Made by a program: the position numbers and the translations under genes. A DNA stretch of 64,000 nucleotides from Malacoraja senta (Eukaryota), in contig CM075988.1 of assembly GCA_038087875.1 (NCBI GenBank), positions 13,456,001 through 13,520,000 on the forward strand. Reading direction: 5' to 3'. Of this stretch, positions 25,501 through 37,500 are shown one piece after another; within the stretch, counting starts at the first letter, position 1; each line of letters begins with the position of its first letter. The notes below the pieces were generated by a model that was not told the origin of the DNA, made no database searches, and saw only the letters and a program-made list of their open reading frames with translations.

Positions 25501-28500
25501 AACCTGACTGTCCCGGTAGACCCATTGTCTCTGCCTGTTCTTGCCCCACCGAACTCATCTCCACCTACCTCGACTCCATCCTATCCCCCTTGGTTAAATC
25601 CCTCCCCACCTATGTTCAAGACACCTCAGACACTCTCCGTCATCTCCGCGCATTCCACTCTCTAGGCCCTCACCCCCTCATCTTCACCATGGACGTCCAG
25701 TCACTGTACACCTCCATCCCCCACCAGGATGGTCTCGAAGCCCTCCGTTTTTTCCTCGACCGTAGAAGCAATCTATACCCGGCCACTGACACCCTCCTCC
25801 GCCTAGCGGAGCTGGTACTTACACTTAATAACTTTTCATTTGACTCCTCCCATTTCCTCCAAATACAAGGCGTAGCTATGGGCACACGCATGGGCCCCAG
25901 CTACGCCTGCCTCTTTGTCGGATACGTAGAACAATCCTTGTTCAATGCGTACCAGGGCCCCATCCCCGACCTCTACCTCCGCTACATCGATGATTGTTTT
26001 GGTGCCACATCCTGCACCCACACACAACTGACTGACTTCATCCGCTTCACCACCAACTTCCATCCGGCACTCAAATACACCTGGACCATTTCCGACACTT
26101 CCCTACCATTCCTTGACCTCACTATCTCCATCGCAGGTGATAGACTCCTTACCGACATCCACTACAAACCTACCGACTCCCATGGCTATCTGGACTACAC
26201 TTCTTCCCACCCTGCTTCCTGTAAGGACTCCATCCCCCACTCCCAATTCCTCCGTCTACGCCGCATCTGCTCCCAGGATGAGGCGTTCCACACCAGGGCA
26301 TCTGAAATGTCCTCATTCTTCAGGGAACGGGGGTTCCCCTCCTCCACCATAGATGAGGCTCGCACCAGGGTCTCTGCCATACCCCGCAACACTGCTCTCT
26401 CTCCCCATCCCCCCACTCACAACAAAGGCAGAGTCCCCCTAGTCCTCACCTTTCACCCCACCAGCCGTCACATACAACAAGTGATCCTCCGTCAGTTTCG
26501 CCACCTCCAACGTGACCCCACCACTCGCCACATCTTCCCATCTCCCCCCATGTCTGCCTTCCGCAAAGACCGCTCCCTCCGTAACTCCCTTGTCAATTCT
26601 TCCCTTCCCTCCCATACCACCCCCTCCCCTGGTACTTTCCCTTGCAACCGCAAGAGATGCAACACTTGTCCCTTCACCTCCCCCCTCCACTCCATTCAAG
26701 GACCCAAGCAGTCGTTCCAGGTGCGACAGAGGTTCACCTGCATCTCCTCCAACCTCATCTATTGCATTCGCTGCTCTAGATGCCAGCTGATCTACATCGG
26801 TGAGACCAAGCGGAGGCTTGGCGATCGTTTCGCCGAACACCTCCGGTCGGTCCGCAATAACCAACCTGAACTCCCGGTGGCTCAGCACTTCAACTCCCCC
26901 TCCCATTCCGTATCTGACCTCTCTGTCCGGGTCTCCTCCATGGCCACAGCGAGCAACACCGTAAATTGGAGGAAATGCACCTCATATTCCGCTTGGGCAG
27001 TCTACATCCTGGGGGCCTCAACATTGAATTCTCCCAATTCTGCTAGCCCTTGCTGTCCCCTCCCCTTCATCAGCCATCTGGTTGTCTCCTCCCCTCCCCC
27101 AGCCCTCGGGCTCCTCCTCCGCCTTTGTCCTTTTTTCCTTTCTTCTCCCCACCCCCTATCAGTCTGAAGAAGGGTTTCGGCCCGAAACGTTACCTATTTC
27201 CTTCGCTCCATAGATGCTGCTGCACCCGCTGAGTTTCTCCAGCATTTTTGTGTACCTTCGATTTTCCAGCATCTGCAGTTCCTTCTTTAACACTTTGTCT
27301 ACTCCACTGCGAAATCTCGTCAAGGTATGCCTACTTTGAAGAAGTTCTCCTCCTCTCTCCGGAGACTGTTCCACACCCAACTCTCTAACTGCCCCATCTC
27401 TGTGATCCCCCCTGCCCTCCAACTCTACGACCACATCCTTACCCAAACTCGATACCACAGCCACATCTGCTTCCTCGGGGCATGCCTGCGCCTCCATCTC
27501 ATACCTCATGGCTTCCAGCTCCAGTTCCCTACTTCCCAGTTCGGACCTCAGCCGGACTATCGGTACCGACTGGCTATCTACCGGCATACCCAACAATTCT
27601 CCACCCGGGCACTGAGATCCACACGGACTGCGATGCGCCGACACCAGCAGGACATCGCATTGACCCTCCCGGAACTTCGGGCCTCACTCACCCAGACCTG
27701 CAACGGTCCTCAACTATACTTTATCCGCCAGAAGATCCACCTCTTCAATAAAAGATTCCTGGCCCACCTCAACTCCACCAAGGACCTTAAATTAGCCCGC
27801 CTCCAGGCCGCTCCCGCCGCCGACTCTCCGCGACTCGACCGCCCGCAGGCTCCGGGCCCCAACTCCGGCCCGCATCGCGTGCCCCGGTCCCGCGACGCCA
27901 TCTTGTCCACGGGGAGCGCCTCCAGTACTCACCAGGACGCCATCTTGTCAACGGGGAGTGCATCCAGTACTCACCAGGACGCTGCCTTCACCGACCTCCA
28001 CGTCAATGCTGCCGCCGACCTTCACCTGCCTACCGATGACGCCCAGGCTCGCCGCTTCTACGGTAACTCAGACTTCCTTCCCCTCGCCGATTCCTCCGAA
28101 CCTCGCTGCCCCCCATGACCTCCTAACATCATCGCTGCACCGGGCCCATCCGACATCGCCGTCGCACTGGGCCCGCCGAACATCACAGCCGCACCCGGTC
28201 CTCCTAACATCGCCGCCGGACCGGGCCCATCCAGCATCGCCGCCGGACCGGGCCTACTCTACACGGCCGCCGGACCGGAGCTCCTCGAACATGGCCGCCG
28301 CACCGCACCCTATTCACCCCGTCTCCTCACCGGGCTGGTCGAACCGCGCCGCCCCACCTACCATCCGCCTACCGGGACGTCCCACGCATCGCCCGTGGAC
28401 CCCGACTCTACTGCCCATGGACCCCGACCATCGGATCCGCCGACCCTCGCCACTGCACCTCCCTCCAGCCCCACCGACTCCACTGCCTGAGGACCCCGAC

Positions 28501-31500
28501 CATCGGGTCCGCCGACCCTCGCCACTGCAACGCCCTCCAGCCCCACCGACTCCACTGCCCGAGGACCCCGACCATCGGGTCCGCCGACCCTCGCCACTGC
28601 AACGCCCTCCAGCCCCACCGACCCCGACTCTACTGCCCACGGACCCCGACCATCGGGTCCGCCGACCCTCGCCACTGCACCTCCCTCCAGCAGCCCGCAG
28701 CCGTCGCCTCACCTGCAAACTGGTCTCTGTACTGGGCCTGAAACCTCCACGCTGCTCACTCCCACTCTCCGGGGTTTGACTCCACTGGGTCCTAGCGCTA
28801 GTCTGCCTAGCCCTGGTTATCTCCGTGTTAGTTCCACTGATTCTTCCCCATCCCTCGCCAACTATGGGACCACTTCTCTTCCACACCCACACCACAGCCC
28901 TCTCACCCCCCCACCCCCTGACCACCCCCCACCCCCCCCACCACACATCGCCTCGTCCCCATTCCACCCACCTGCCTTCCTCCGGCCCCAACCCCCATCC
29001 CTGCCGGGTGTTCACCATCCCCCCCGACCTCCCCCTCTCCGACATCGAACGGTCTGTCCTCAGCAGAGGTCTTACCTTTGTCCCCCTCCGTCCCCATCTC
29101 AATGAGTTCCGTGCCCTCCATGACTTGGAACGCTTCTACCGTCGCCTCCGCCTCACAGCTCACTTCCATGGGAAGGAGTCCTCGCTCCCCACTGATGACC
29201 CCTTTTCCCGTCTCCAATGCACCCCATCCTCATGGAACCCCCCTCGTAGCCTTCCGGCTTTAGAACTCTTTATTAAAAACTGCCGCCGTGACATCAACCG
29301 CCTCAACTTCTCCACTCCCCTGTCTCACTCCAATCTCTCCCCCCCTGAACGCACTGCCATCGACTCACTCCGCAACAACCTAGATTGGGTTATCAAACCC
29401 GCCGACAAGGGAGGTGCCGTGGTAGTCTGGCGCGTCGATCTCTACAAAGCTGAGGCCACGCGCCAACTCTCGGACACCTCCTCCTACTTACCCCTGGACC
29501 ATGACCCCACTGACGAGCACCAGGCCACCATCTCCAGCACCATCACCGACTTCATCCACTCCCACGCCCTGCCCGAACGAGCCTCCAACCTCATCGTTCC
29601 CCAGCCCCGCACAGCCCGCTTTTACCTTCTCCCCAAAAATCCACAAACCTGACTGTCCCGGTAGACCCATTGTCTCTGCCTGTTCTTGCCCCACCGAACT
29701 CATCTCCACCTACCTCGGCTCCATCCTATCCCCCTTGGTTAAATCCCTCCCCACCTATGTTCAAGACACCTCAGACACTCTCCGTCATCTCCGCGCATTC
29801 CACTCTCTAGGCCCTCACCCCCTCATCTTCACCATGGACGTCCAGTCACTGTACACCTCCATCCCCCACCAGGATGGTCTCGAAGCCCTCCGTTTTTTCC
29901 TCGACCGTAGAAGCAATCTATACCCGGCCACTGACACCCTCCTCCGCCTAGCGGAGCTGGTACTTACACTTAATAACTTTTCATTTGACTCCCATTTCCT
30001 CCAAATACAAGGCGTAGCTATGGGCACACGCATGGGCCCCAGCTACGCCTGCCTCTTTGTCGGGTACGTAGAACAATCCTTGTTCAATGCGTACCAGGGC
30101 CCCATCCCCGACCTCTACCTCCGCTACATCGATGATTGTTTTGGTGCCACATCCTGCACCCACACACAACTGACTGACTTCATCCGCTTCACCACCAACT
30201 TCCATCCGGCACTCAAATACACCTGGACCATTTCCGACACTTCCCTACCATTCCTTGACCTCACTATCTCCATCGCAGGTGATAGACTCCTTACCGACAT
30301 CCACTACAAACCTACCGACTCCCATGGCTATCTGGACTACACTTCTTCCCACCCTGCTTCCTGTAAGGACTCCATCCCCCACTCCCAATTCCTCCGTCTA
30401 CGCCGCATCTGCTCCCAGGATGAGGCGTTCCACACCAGGGCATCTGAAATGTCCTCATTCTTCAGGGAACGGGGGTTCCCCTCCTCCACCATAGATGAGG
30501 CTCGCACCAGGGTCTCTGCCATACCCCGCAACACTGCTCTCTCTCCCCATCCCCCCCACTCACAACAAAGGCAGAGTCCCCCTAGTCCTCACCTTTCACC
30601 CCACCAGCCGTCACATACAACAAGTGATCCTCCGTCAGTTTCGCCACCTCCAACGTGACCCCACCACTCGCCACATCTTCCCATCTCCCCCCATGTCTGC
30701 CTTCCGCAAAGACCGCTCCCTCCGTAACTCCCTTGTCAATTCTTCCCTTCCCTCCCATACCACCCCCTCCCCTGGTACTTTCCCTTGCAACCGCAAGAGA
30801 TGCAACACTTGTCCCTTCACCTCCCCCCTCCACTCCATTCAAGGACCCAAGCAGTCGTTCCAGGTGCGACAGAGGTTCACCTGCATCTCCTCCAACCTCA
30901 TCTATTGCATTCGCTGCTCTAGATGCCAGCTGATCTACATCGGTGAGACCAAGCGGAGGCTTGGCGATCGTTTCGCCGAACACCTCCGGTCGGTCCGCAA
31001 TAACCAACCTGAACTCCCGGTGGCTCAGCACTTCAACTCCCCCTCCCATTCCGTATCTGACCTCTCTGTCCTGGGTCTCCTCCATGGCCACAGCGAGCAA
31101 CACCGTAAATTGGAGGAAATGCACCTCATATTCCGCTTGGGCAGTCTACATCCTGGGGGCCTCAACATTGAATTCTCCCAATTCTGCTAGCCCTTGCTAT
31201 CCCCTCCCCTTCATCAGCCATCTGGTTGTCTCCTCCCCTCCCCCAGCCCTCGGGCTCCTCCTCCGCCTTTGTCCTTTTTTCCTTTCTTCTCCCCACCCCC
31301 TATCAGTCTGAAGAAGGGTTTCGGCCCGAAACGTTACCTATTTCCTTCGCTCCATAGNNNNNNNNNNNNNNNNNNNNNNNNNNNNNNNNNNNNNNNNNNN
31401 NNNNNNNNNNNNNNNNNNNNNNNNNNNNNNNNNNNNNNNNNNNNNNNNNNNNNNNNNNNNNNNNNNNNNNNNNNNNNNNNNNNNNNNNNNNNNNNNNNNN

Positions 31501-34500
31501 NNNNNNNNNNNNNNNNNNNNNNNNNNNNNNNNNNNNNNNNNNNNNNNNNNNNNNNNNCACCGACCCCGACTACACTGCCCACGGACCCCGACCGTCGGGT
31601 CCGCTGACCCTCGCCACCGCACCTCCCTCCAGCAGCCCGCAGCCGTCGCCTTACCTGCAAACTGGACTCTGTACTGGGCCTGAAGCCTCCACGCTGTTCA
31701 CTCCCACTCTCCGGGGTTTGACTCCACTGGGTCCTAGCGCTAGTCTGCCTAGCCCTGGTTATCTCAGTGGCAGTTCCACTGATTCTTCCCCATCCCTCTC
31801 CAACTATGGGACCACTTCTCTTCCACACCCACACCACTGCCCTCTCACCCCCCCACCCCCTGACCACCCACCACCCCCCCACCACACATCGCCTCGTCCC
31901 CATTCCACCCACCTGCCTTCCTCCGGCCCCAACCCCCATCCCTGCCGGGTGTTCACCATCCCCCCCGACCTCCCCCTCTCCGACATCGAACGGTCTGTCC
32001 TCAGCAGAGGTCTTACCTTTGTCCCCCTCCGTCCCCATCTCAATGAGTTCCGTGCCCTCCATGACTTGGAACGCTTCTACCGTCGCCTCCGCCTCACAGC
32101 TCACTTCCATGGGAAGCAGTCCTCGCTCCCCACTGATGACCCCTTTTCCCGTCTCCAACGCACCCCATCCTCATGGAACCCCCCTCGTAGCTTTCCGGCT
32201 TTAGAACTCTTTATTAAAAACTGCCGCCGTGACATCAACCGCCTCAACTTCTCCACTCCCCTGTCTCACTCCAATCTCTCCCCCCTGAACGCACTGCCAT
32301 CGACTCACTCCGCAACAACCTAGATTGGGTTATCAAACCCGCCGACAAGGGAGGTGCCGTGGTAGTCTGGCGCGTCGATCTCTACAAAGCTGAGGCCACG
32401 CGCCAACTCTCGGACACCTCCTCCTACTTACCCCTGGACCATGACCCCACTGACGAGCACCAGGCCACCATCTCCAGCACCATCACCGACTTCATCCACT
32501 CCCACGCCCTGCCCGAACGAGCCTCCAACCTCATCGTTCCCCAGCCCCGCACAGCCCGCTTTTACCTTCTCCCCAAAATCCACAAACCTGACTGTCCCGG
32601 TAGACCCATTGTCTCTGCCTGTTCTTGCCCCACCGAACTCATCTCCACCTACCTCGACTCCATCCTATCCCCCTTGGTTAAATCCCTCCCCACCTATGTT
32701 CAAGACACCTCAGACACTCTCCGTCATCTCCGCGCATTCCACTCTCTAGGCCCTCACCCCCTCATCTTCACCATGGACGTCCAGTCACTGTACACCTCCA
32801 TCCCCCACCAGGATGGTCTCGAAGCCCTCCGTTTTTTCCTCGACCGTAGAAGCAATCTCTACCCGGCCACTGACACCCTCCTCCGCCTAGCGGAGCTGGT
32901 ACTTACACTTAATAACTTTTCATTTGACTCCTCCCATTTCCTCCAAATACAAGGCGTAGCTATGGGCACACGCATGGGCCCCAGCTACGCCTGCCTCTTT
33001 GTCGGGTACGTAGAACAATCCTTGTTCAATGCGTACCAGGGCCCCATCCCTGACCTCTACCTCCGCTACATCGATGATTGTTTTGGTGCCACATCCTGCA
33101 CCCACACACAACTGACTGACTTCATCCGCTTCACCACCAACTTCCATCCGGCACTCAAATACACCTGGACCATTTCCGACACTTCCCTACCATTCCTTGA
33201 CCTCACTATCTCCATCGCAGGTGATAGACTCCTTACCGACATCCACTACAAACCTACCGACTCCCATGGCTATCTGGACTACACTTCTTCCCACCCTGCT
33301 TCCTGTAAGGACTCCATCCCCCACTCCCAATTCCTCCGTCTACGCCGCATCTGCTCCCAGGATGAGGCGTTCCACACCAGGGCATCTGAAATGTCCTCAT
33401 TCTTCAGGGAACGGGGGTTCCCCTCCTCCACCATAGATGAGGCTCGCACCAGGGTCTCTGCCATACCCCGCAACACTGCTCTCTCTCCCCATCCCCCCCA
33501 CTCACAACAAAGGCAGAGTCCCCCTAGTCCTCACCTTTCACCCCACCAGCCGTCACATACAACAAGTGATCCTCCGTCAGTTTCGCCACCTCCAACGTGA
33601 CCCCACCACTCGCCACATCTTCCCATCTCCCCCCATGTCTGCCTTCCGCAAAGACCGCTCCCTCCGTAACTCCCTTGTCAATTCTTCCCTTCCCTCCCAT
33701 ACCACCCCCTCCCCTGGTACTTTCCCTTGCAACCGCAAGAGATGCAACACTTGTCCCTTCACCTCCCCCCTCCACTCCATTCAAGGACCCAAGCAGTCGT
33801 TCCAGGTGCGACAGAGGTTCACCTGCATCTCCTCCAACCTCATCTATTGCATTCGCTGCTCTAGATGCCAGCTGATCTACATCGGTGAGACCAAGCGGAG
33901 GCTTGGCGATCGTTTCGCCGAACACCTCCGGTCGGTCCGCAATAACCAACCTGAACTCCCGGTGGCTCAGCACTTCAACTCCCCCTCCCATTCCGTATCT
34001 GACCTCTCTGTCCTGGGTCTCCTCCATGGCCACAGCGAGCAACACCGTAAATTGGAGGAAATGCACCTCATATTCCGCTTGGGCAGTCTACATCCTGGGG
34101 GCATCAACATTGAATTCTCCCAATTCTGCTAGCCCTTGCTGTCCCCTCCCCTTCATCAGCCATCTGGTTGTCTCCTCCCCTCCCCCAGCCCTCGGGCTCC
34201 TCCTCTGCCTTTGTCCTTTTTTCCTTTCTTCTCCCCACCCCCTATCAGTCTGAAGAAGGGTTTCGGCCCGAAACGTTACCTATTTCCTTCGCTCCATAGA
34301 TGCTGCTGCACCCGCTGAGTTTCTCCAGCATTTTTGTGTACCATCTCTCATCTACCTGTGCATACTGGTCACTGTTAATCCCATGCATCCAAATGTTTCT
34401 AGATCAGCCTACCATTGAGGACTTTATCAAATGCCTTACTAAAATCCATACAAGTCAACATCCAATACCCTACCCACATCCATCACCTACATCACCGCGT

Positions 34501-37500
34501 TTGAACAAACTGTTTATAGCTACCATCCCAATATCATCATCTTCAGTTAATGCCCATTTATTTAATTGTATTGATGTACTTTGAGGAATACAATAGATGC
34601 AGAGTTGATTTACAAATGTTCTCTAAGGACGAGATCATAATATTAAACTCCTTGTCTGTTCAAACCTACAATTGACTCCAGGTACCTTATATAGCTCAGT
34701 GAACCACTCGATTGTATCCAATGACTAATGGTGGTGCTCCATAATTTCTCAGTGCAACTTTGACGGGCAACAAATGTCAAACTTCATTCCGTGAAAGGTT
34801 TCAAAAGGATGAAGACATTTAAGTTGCTGTTTACCTAGTTGAAAACTAAATCACACTTGACTATGATGGTGACAACAAAGCAATAGATTTTGCTGATGCA
34901 GTTGAAGGACAGTCAGTTGAATGCACAAGTGTCCCCAGTGAGAGGTCAAGTCCTCCAGGAATAGAGAAAATTGGGAAAAACAAATGAAATAAAGTGGTAA
35001 TATTATATTTAAACAGTAGATCATATTTTAACCTTGTGTTCTTCATTTGTAGTACAAAAATGGAGGTCCAATTATTGCTGTGCAAGTAGAAAACGAATAT
35101 GGTGGCTATGCCAAAGATGACAACTACATGGCTTACGTAAAAGAGGTAATATGGTTTTGTTTTCAATGTTTTGGAATTAAAATAATCAGGTGTAGTTTTT
35201 AAGTGGTGTTCCTTTTTTCCTCACTCCATTACAATCCACTGTTTTGATAATTAGGCAGGCAAAGTGACCTGGCACTAAGCTTGTGATAGCAAATCTCTCC
35301 TTTAGCAAATCTTTCTGGGACAGATGCGAAGTGATATTTAGTATTCTTTTACCCGTTCTCTTTTTCAGTTTAGTTTACAGATAACAGCGCGGAAACGGGC
35401 CCTTCAGCCCACCGATTCCGCACCGACCAGTGATCCCCACACACTAACACTATCCTACACACACTAGGGACAATTTACACTTATACCAAGCCAATTAGCC
35501 TACAAACCTGTATGTCTTTGGAGTGTGGGAGGAAACGAAGATCTCTGAGAAAACCCACACGGTCGCGGGTAGAGCGCGTATAAACTCCGTACAGACAGCA
35601 TCCGTAGTCAGAATCGAACCCGGGACTCTGGTGCTGTAAGGCAGCAACTGTATCATTGTTCCACCATGCTGCCCCATGTACTGTAATTACGGGGGGGGGG
35701 GGGAATGAGGTCAGGGGCCAAATGTTATTGTAGCTGCAAGCTTCTAGTTGGCATTGTGGATTTTGCTACATTTGAAATGTTGCACAAATCTTGATCTTGC
35801 CTCTGTAAATGATCAAACTCTGGTTACCTATTCATGGATACTTGGAAATAATGCACATTTCATTTTATGGGAACGTAACAATTTTTTCGGCATAAAGAAT
35901 TGATTCATTAATTGTAATGTTTCCCAGACAATGTCAAGTGGATGAAGGCTTCTCTGGAAAGTGTGAGCAAAGTGATGTCACAGATTTGCAATGCATGATT
36001 GTATTACTATTTCATGCAGTTACTGTTGATTTAAATTTATTATGGAACTAAAAAATTCAAGGTTAAATTACTAGACTTGTGAATTCTCCGCTTCTGGAGG
36101 AGAGCTGTGGTTAAGGAGTGTTTTGGGGAGAGGGGAAAGGGGAAGCACATTTTTTTGCGTGCTGATAGTCTAACCTGGTCAGTTGGTAAGCTTTACCAAT
36201 ACTGGTGACTTCTCAAGGATGTCTGACCAAAATTAAAGCATCTCCCTACTTGCTTCTTTATATGTGGAACCCAGCTAGTTCCAAATGTTCACAGAAATGA
36301 AATGTTGCTGGTGTAATCGTGGCAGAGTCAGTGAGTGATAATGATGCTTGGTTCAAAGTGGTATTTAAATATTTCTGTCCTGGATATATTGTTAACGTTA
36401 TTCCCGAGCAATCAGAAGTGTTGATGTATCTTTCCTGAAATTGTTTTAGGTTACTTCACGTGTCTGTTCTTCATCCACCTTGTGCTAATGTAACATATAA
36501 TATAAGAAAACATACAATATTCCACATATTTCACAAGGACAAATTGTTAGTAAGAGTCATACAGTGTGGAGTTGTGAGCTTCCAACAATATCTGGACTAA
36601 TTAGAATTGAAACAAGTGATTATTTTATTTTGCACATAAACTGGGGGCCATTCATTTCAGGACAATGTCAGCAGTACTAAGATTCAGACTAAAAATTGTT
36701 TCTGTTTTAATCCTGAAAGGCCTTGTTAAGCAGAGGGATAGTGGAGTTATTAATGACTTCCGATAACAAAGACGGATTAACTAAAGGATCCATTGCAGGA
36801 GGTAAGTGCTGACTTGGGGATTAGCGTAATGAATGATTTCATTAAAAAAAATTAATAATTATTGTGCAGGATTTACAAGCTGAAAAATAAATCATACCTC
36901 CACTGTTATACATAAAATGTAATTGGCTAATTTTTCTTACACACGCGCAATAGAAAGCTAGAAAATATGTTACTTGTAGACTAGGTTAATATAGTTTAGA
37001 GATACCGCGCGGAAACAGGCCCTTCGGCACACGGAATCTACGCCGACCAGCGATCCCCATTACACGAGCACACACTACACACTAGGGACAATTTACAATT
37101 CTTAACGAAGAAAATTAACCTACAAACTTGCACGTCTTTGGAATGTGGGTGGAAACGAGAGTAACCGGGGAAATTTCATGTGGCCACGGAGAGAACGTAC
37201 AAACTCCGTACAGAGAGCACCCGTAGTCAGGATCGAACCCGCTGTAAGGCAGCAACTTAAGTGCTGCGCTACCGTGCCGACTCACATTCTTGGCCAAATA
37301 GTCGGCTTATCTCCCTTTGCCTTAATATGCTTAGAATTAATTTATAGCATTCAGTATTGTTTCCCTGTAAAGTTATTTGAAAACGTGACTTCCTCTTTGT
37401 GTGACTGCTTTTCTATTGCATTTTGACATGTTTACAGTTTTACCGACTTTCAACTTTCAGAAGCTGGAATCTGGACTAATGTTAATGAAAGATCTAGAAG

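Larger units (their letters stand above)
24923..34339 (+). mobile_element. Head-to-tail array of young Neptune-type Penelope-like retroelements in intron 5
   Basis: Three near-identical RT/GIY-YIG units; flanking direct repeat ACCATCTCTCATCT at 24909-24922 and 34340-34353; interrupts a CR1 tail whose uninterrupted version is at ~4095-4180. Confidence 0.95.

Noticed and set aside
27327..28118. Separate ORF1 (gag-like) upstream of RT
   Set aside because: Same frame continues with coherent repeats past the TGAs; better read as the N-terminus of a single Penelope ORF.
28397..28690. CRISPR-like regular repeats
   Set aside because: Contiguous tandem units without unique spacers, in a eukaryotic retroelement.
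28777..28850. TGA followed in frame by hydrophobic [22 protein letters not shown] leading into RT (selenocysteine/readthrough or membrane-anchored RT idea), TGA present in units 2 and 3
   Set aside because: In unit 3 the other frame ([11 protein letters not shown]...) runs uninterrupted into RT and the hydrophobic frame has an extra stop upstream; the link in unit 2 arises from a poly-C indel at ~28930.
26439..34066. Long antisense ORFs over the array (155-274 aa)
   Set aside because: Expected shadows of a C-rich, stop-poor coding strand; no recognisable domains; some include N runs.
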